From Lama glama (taxonomy: Eukaryota), in the NCBI GenBank assembly GCA_028534125.1, contig CM052832.1, positions 12,092,001 through 12,156,000 of the forward strand: a DNA stretch of 64,000 nt. The letters are read 5' to 3'. The translations under genes were made by a program, and so were the position numbers. A model generated the notes under the pieces. That model had not been told where the DNA came from and did no database searches. It was given only the letters and a program-made list of their open reading frames with translations. Below are positions 63,590 to 64,000 of the stretch, one piece after another (within the stretch, counting starts at the first letter, position 1; every line of letters begins with the position of its first letter).

Positions 63590-63730
63590 TTATGAGTAAT
63601 TGTTTCCAATGGAAACACGGGTACGAATCCCAGAGTAGCTTCCTTGCTGTGTCTGACATGGTTTCTTCTGAAAAGAGTGTATTAAGCAGCAGTATATAGT
63701 TACATACTAAAATGAGTCTTCTACAAAGGA
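63590..63730 (-). mobile_element. RTE-type endonuclease relic (unit E4, C-terminal part)
   Basis: YILLLNTLFSEE...RKLLWDSYPCFHWKQL (cf. LVITNTLF...KxTWxHPxSxHWxQI). Confidence 0.55.
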
Positions 63731-64000
63731 GTAAGAAATCATTATGTAGAGTGTTTACTTTTCATTTATCTACACATCAAAACAGACTTGTAATAAGTTC
63801 AACCAAAAATTTATGTACTTTCTGAACAGAATAAGATGGTTATAAAAAATACATAGTAGATTCAAGTAAGTGAACCTGATGAAATATGAGACCTCATACA
63901 TCAACTCAAGAAACTGGTTTAGGTAATCCTAACTTTGTTCAAGAAACTTACCTCTGCCTTGGAGAGCAATCTTTGGTACAAGGCAGGGTGGGAGAGTGAG

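Noticed and set aside
63946..64000. Minus-strand GAG/GTAAGT donor with a short open frame
   Set aside because: An isolated donor at the window edge, no recognisable peptide, and similar consensus donors occur elsewhere by chance.

Overview
This is mammalian nuclear DNA, most likely camelid: it carries a tRNA-derived Vic-1-type SINE with an 11-bp TSD, and I saw no ruminant, pig or primate SINEs. It is AT-rich with one 500-N scaffold gap (52804-53303). I recognise no host protein-coding exon, RNA gene or CpG island, so it looks like a large intron or gene desert. A large part is familiar interspersed repeat: L1M, L2, MIR, L3/CR1, MLT1/LTR16, a solo ERV LTR, hAT MERs and a mariner relic. The main result is in the apparently unique sequence between those repeats. 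Hand translation of the minus strand repeatedly gives degenerate but correctly ordered motifs of RTE-clade LINE ORFs (AP-endonuclease, then RT, then thumb/C-terminus). They resolve into about five head-to-tail copies between 1.3 and 52.3 kb, plus about four endonuclease-only units between 53.6 and 63.7 kb. All are on the same strand, and L2, MIR, L3 and mariner insertions lie between the pieces of individual copies. I read this as a very ancient, unidirectional RTE-retrotransposon array. All alignments were made by eye across stops and frameshifts and need profile-HMM confirmation. Repeat subfamily names and boundaries are approximate.
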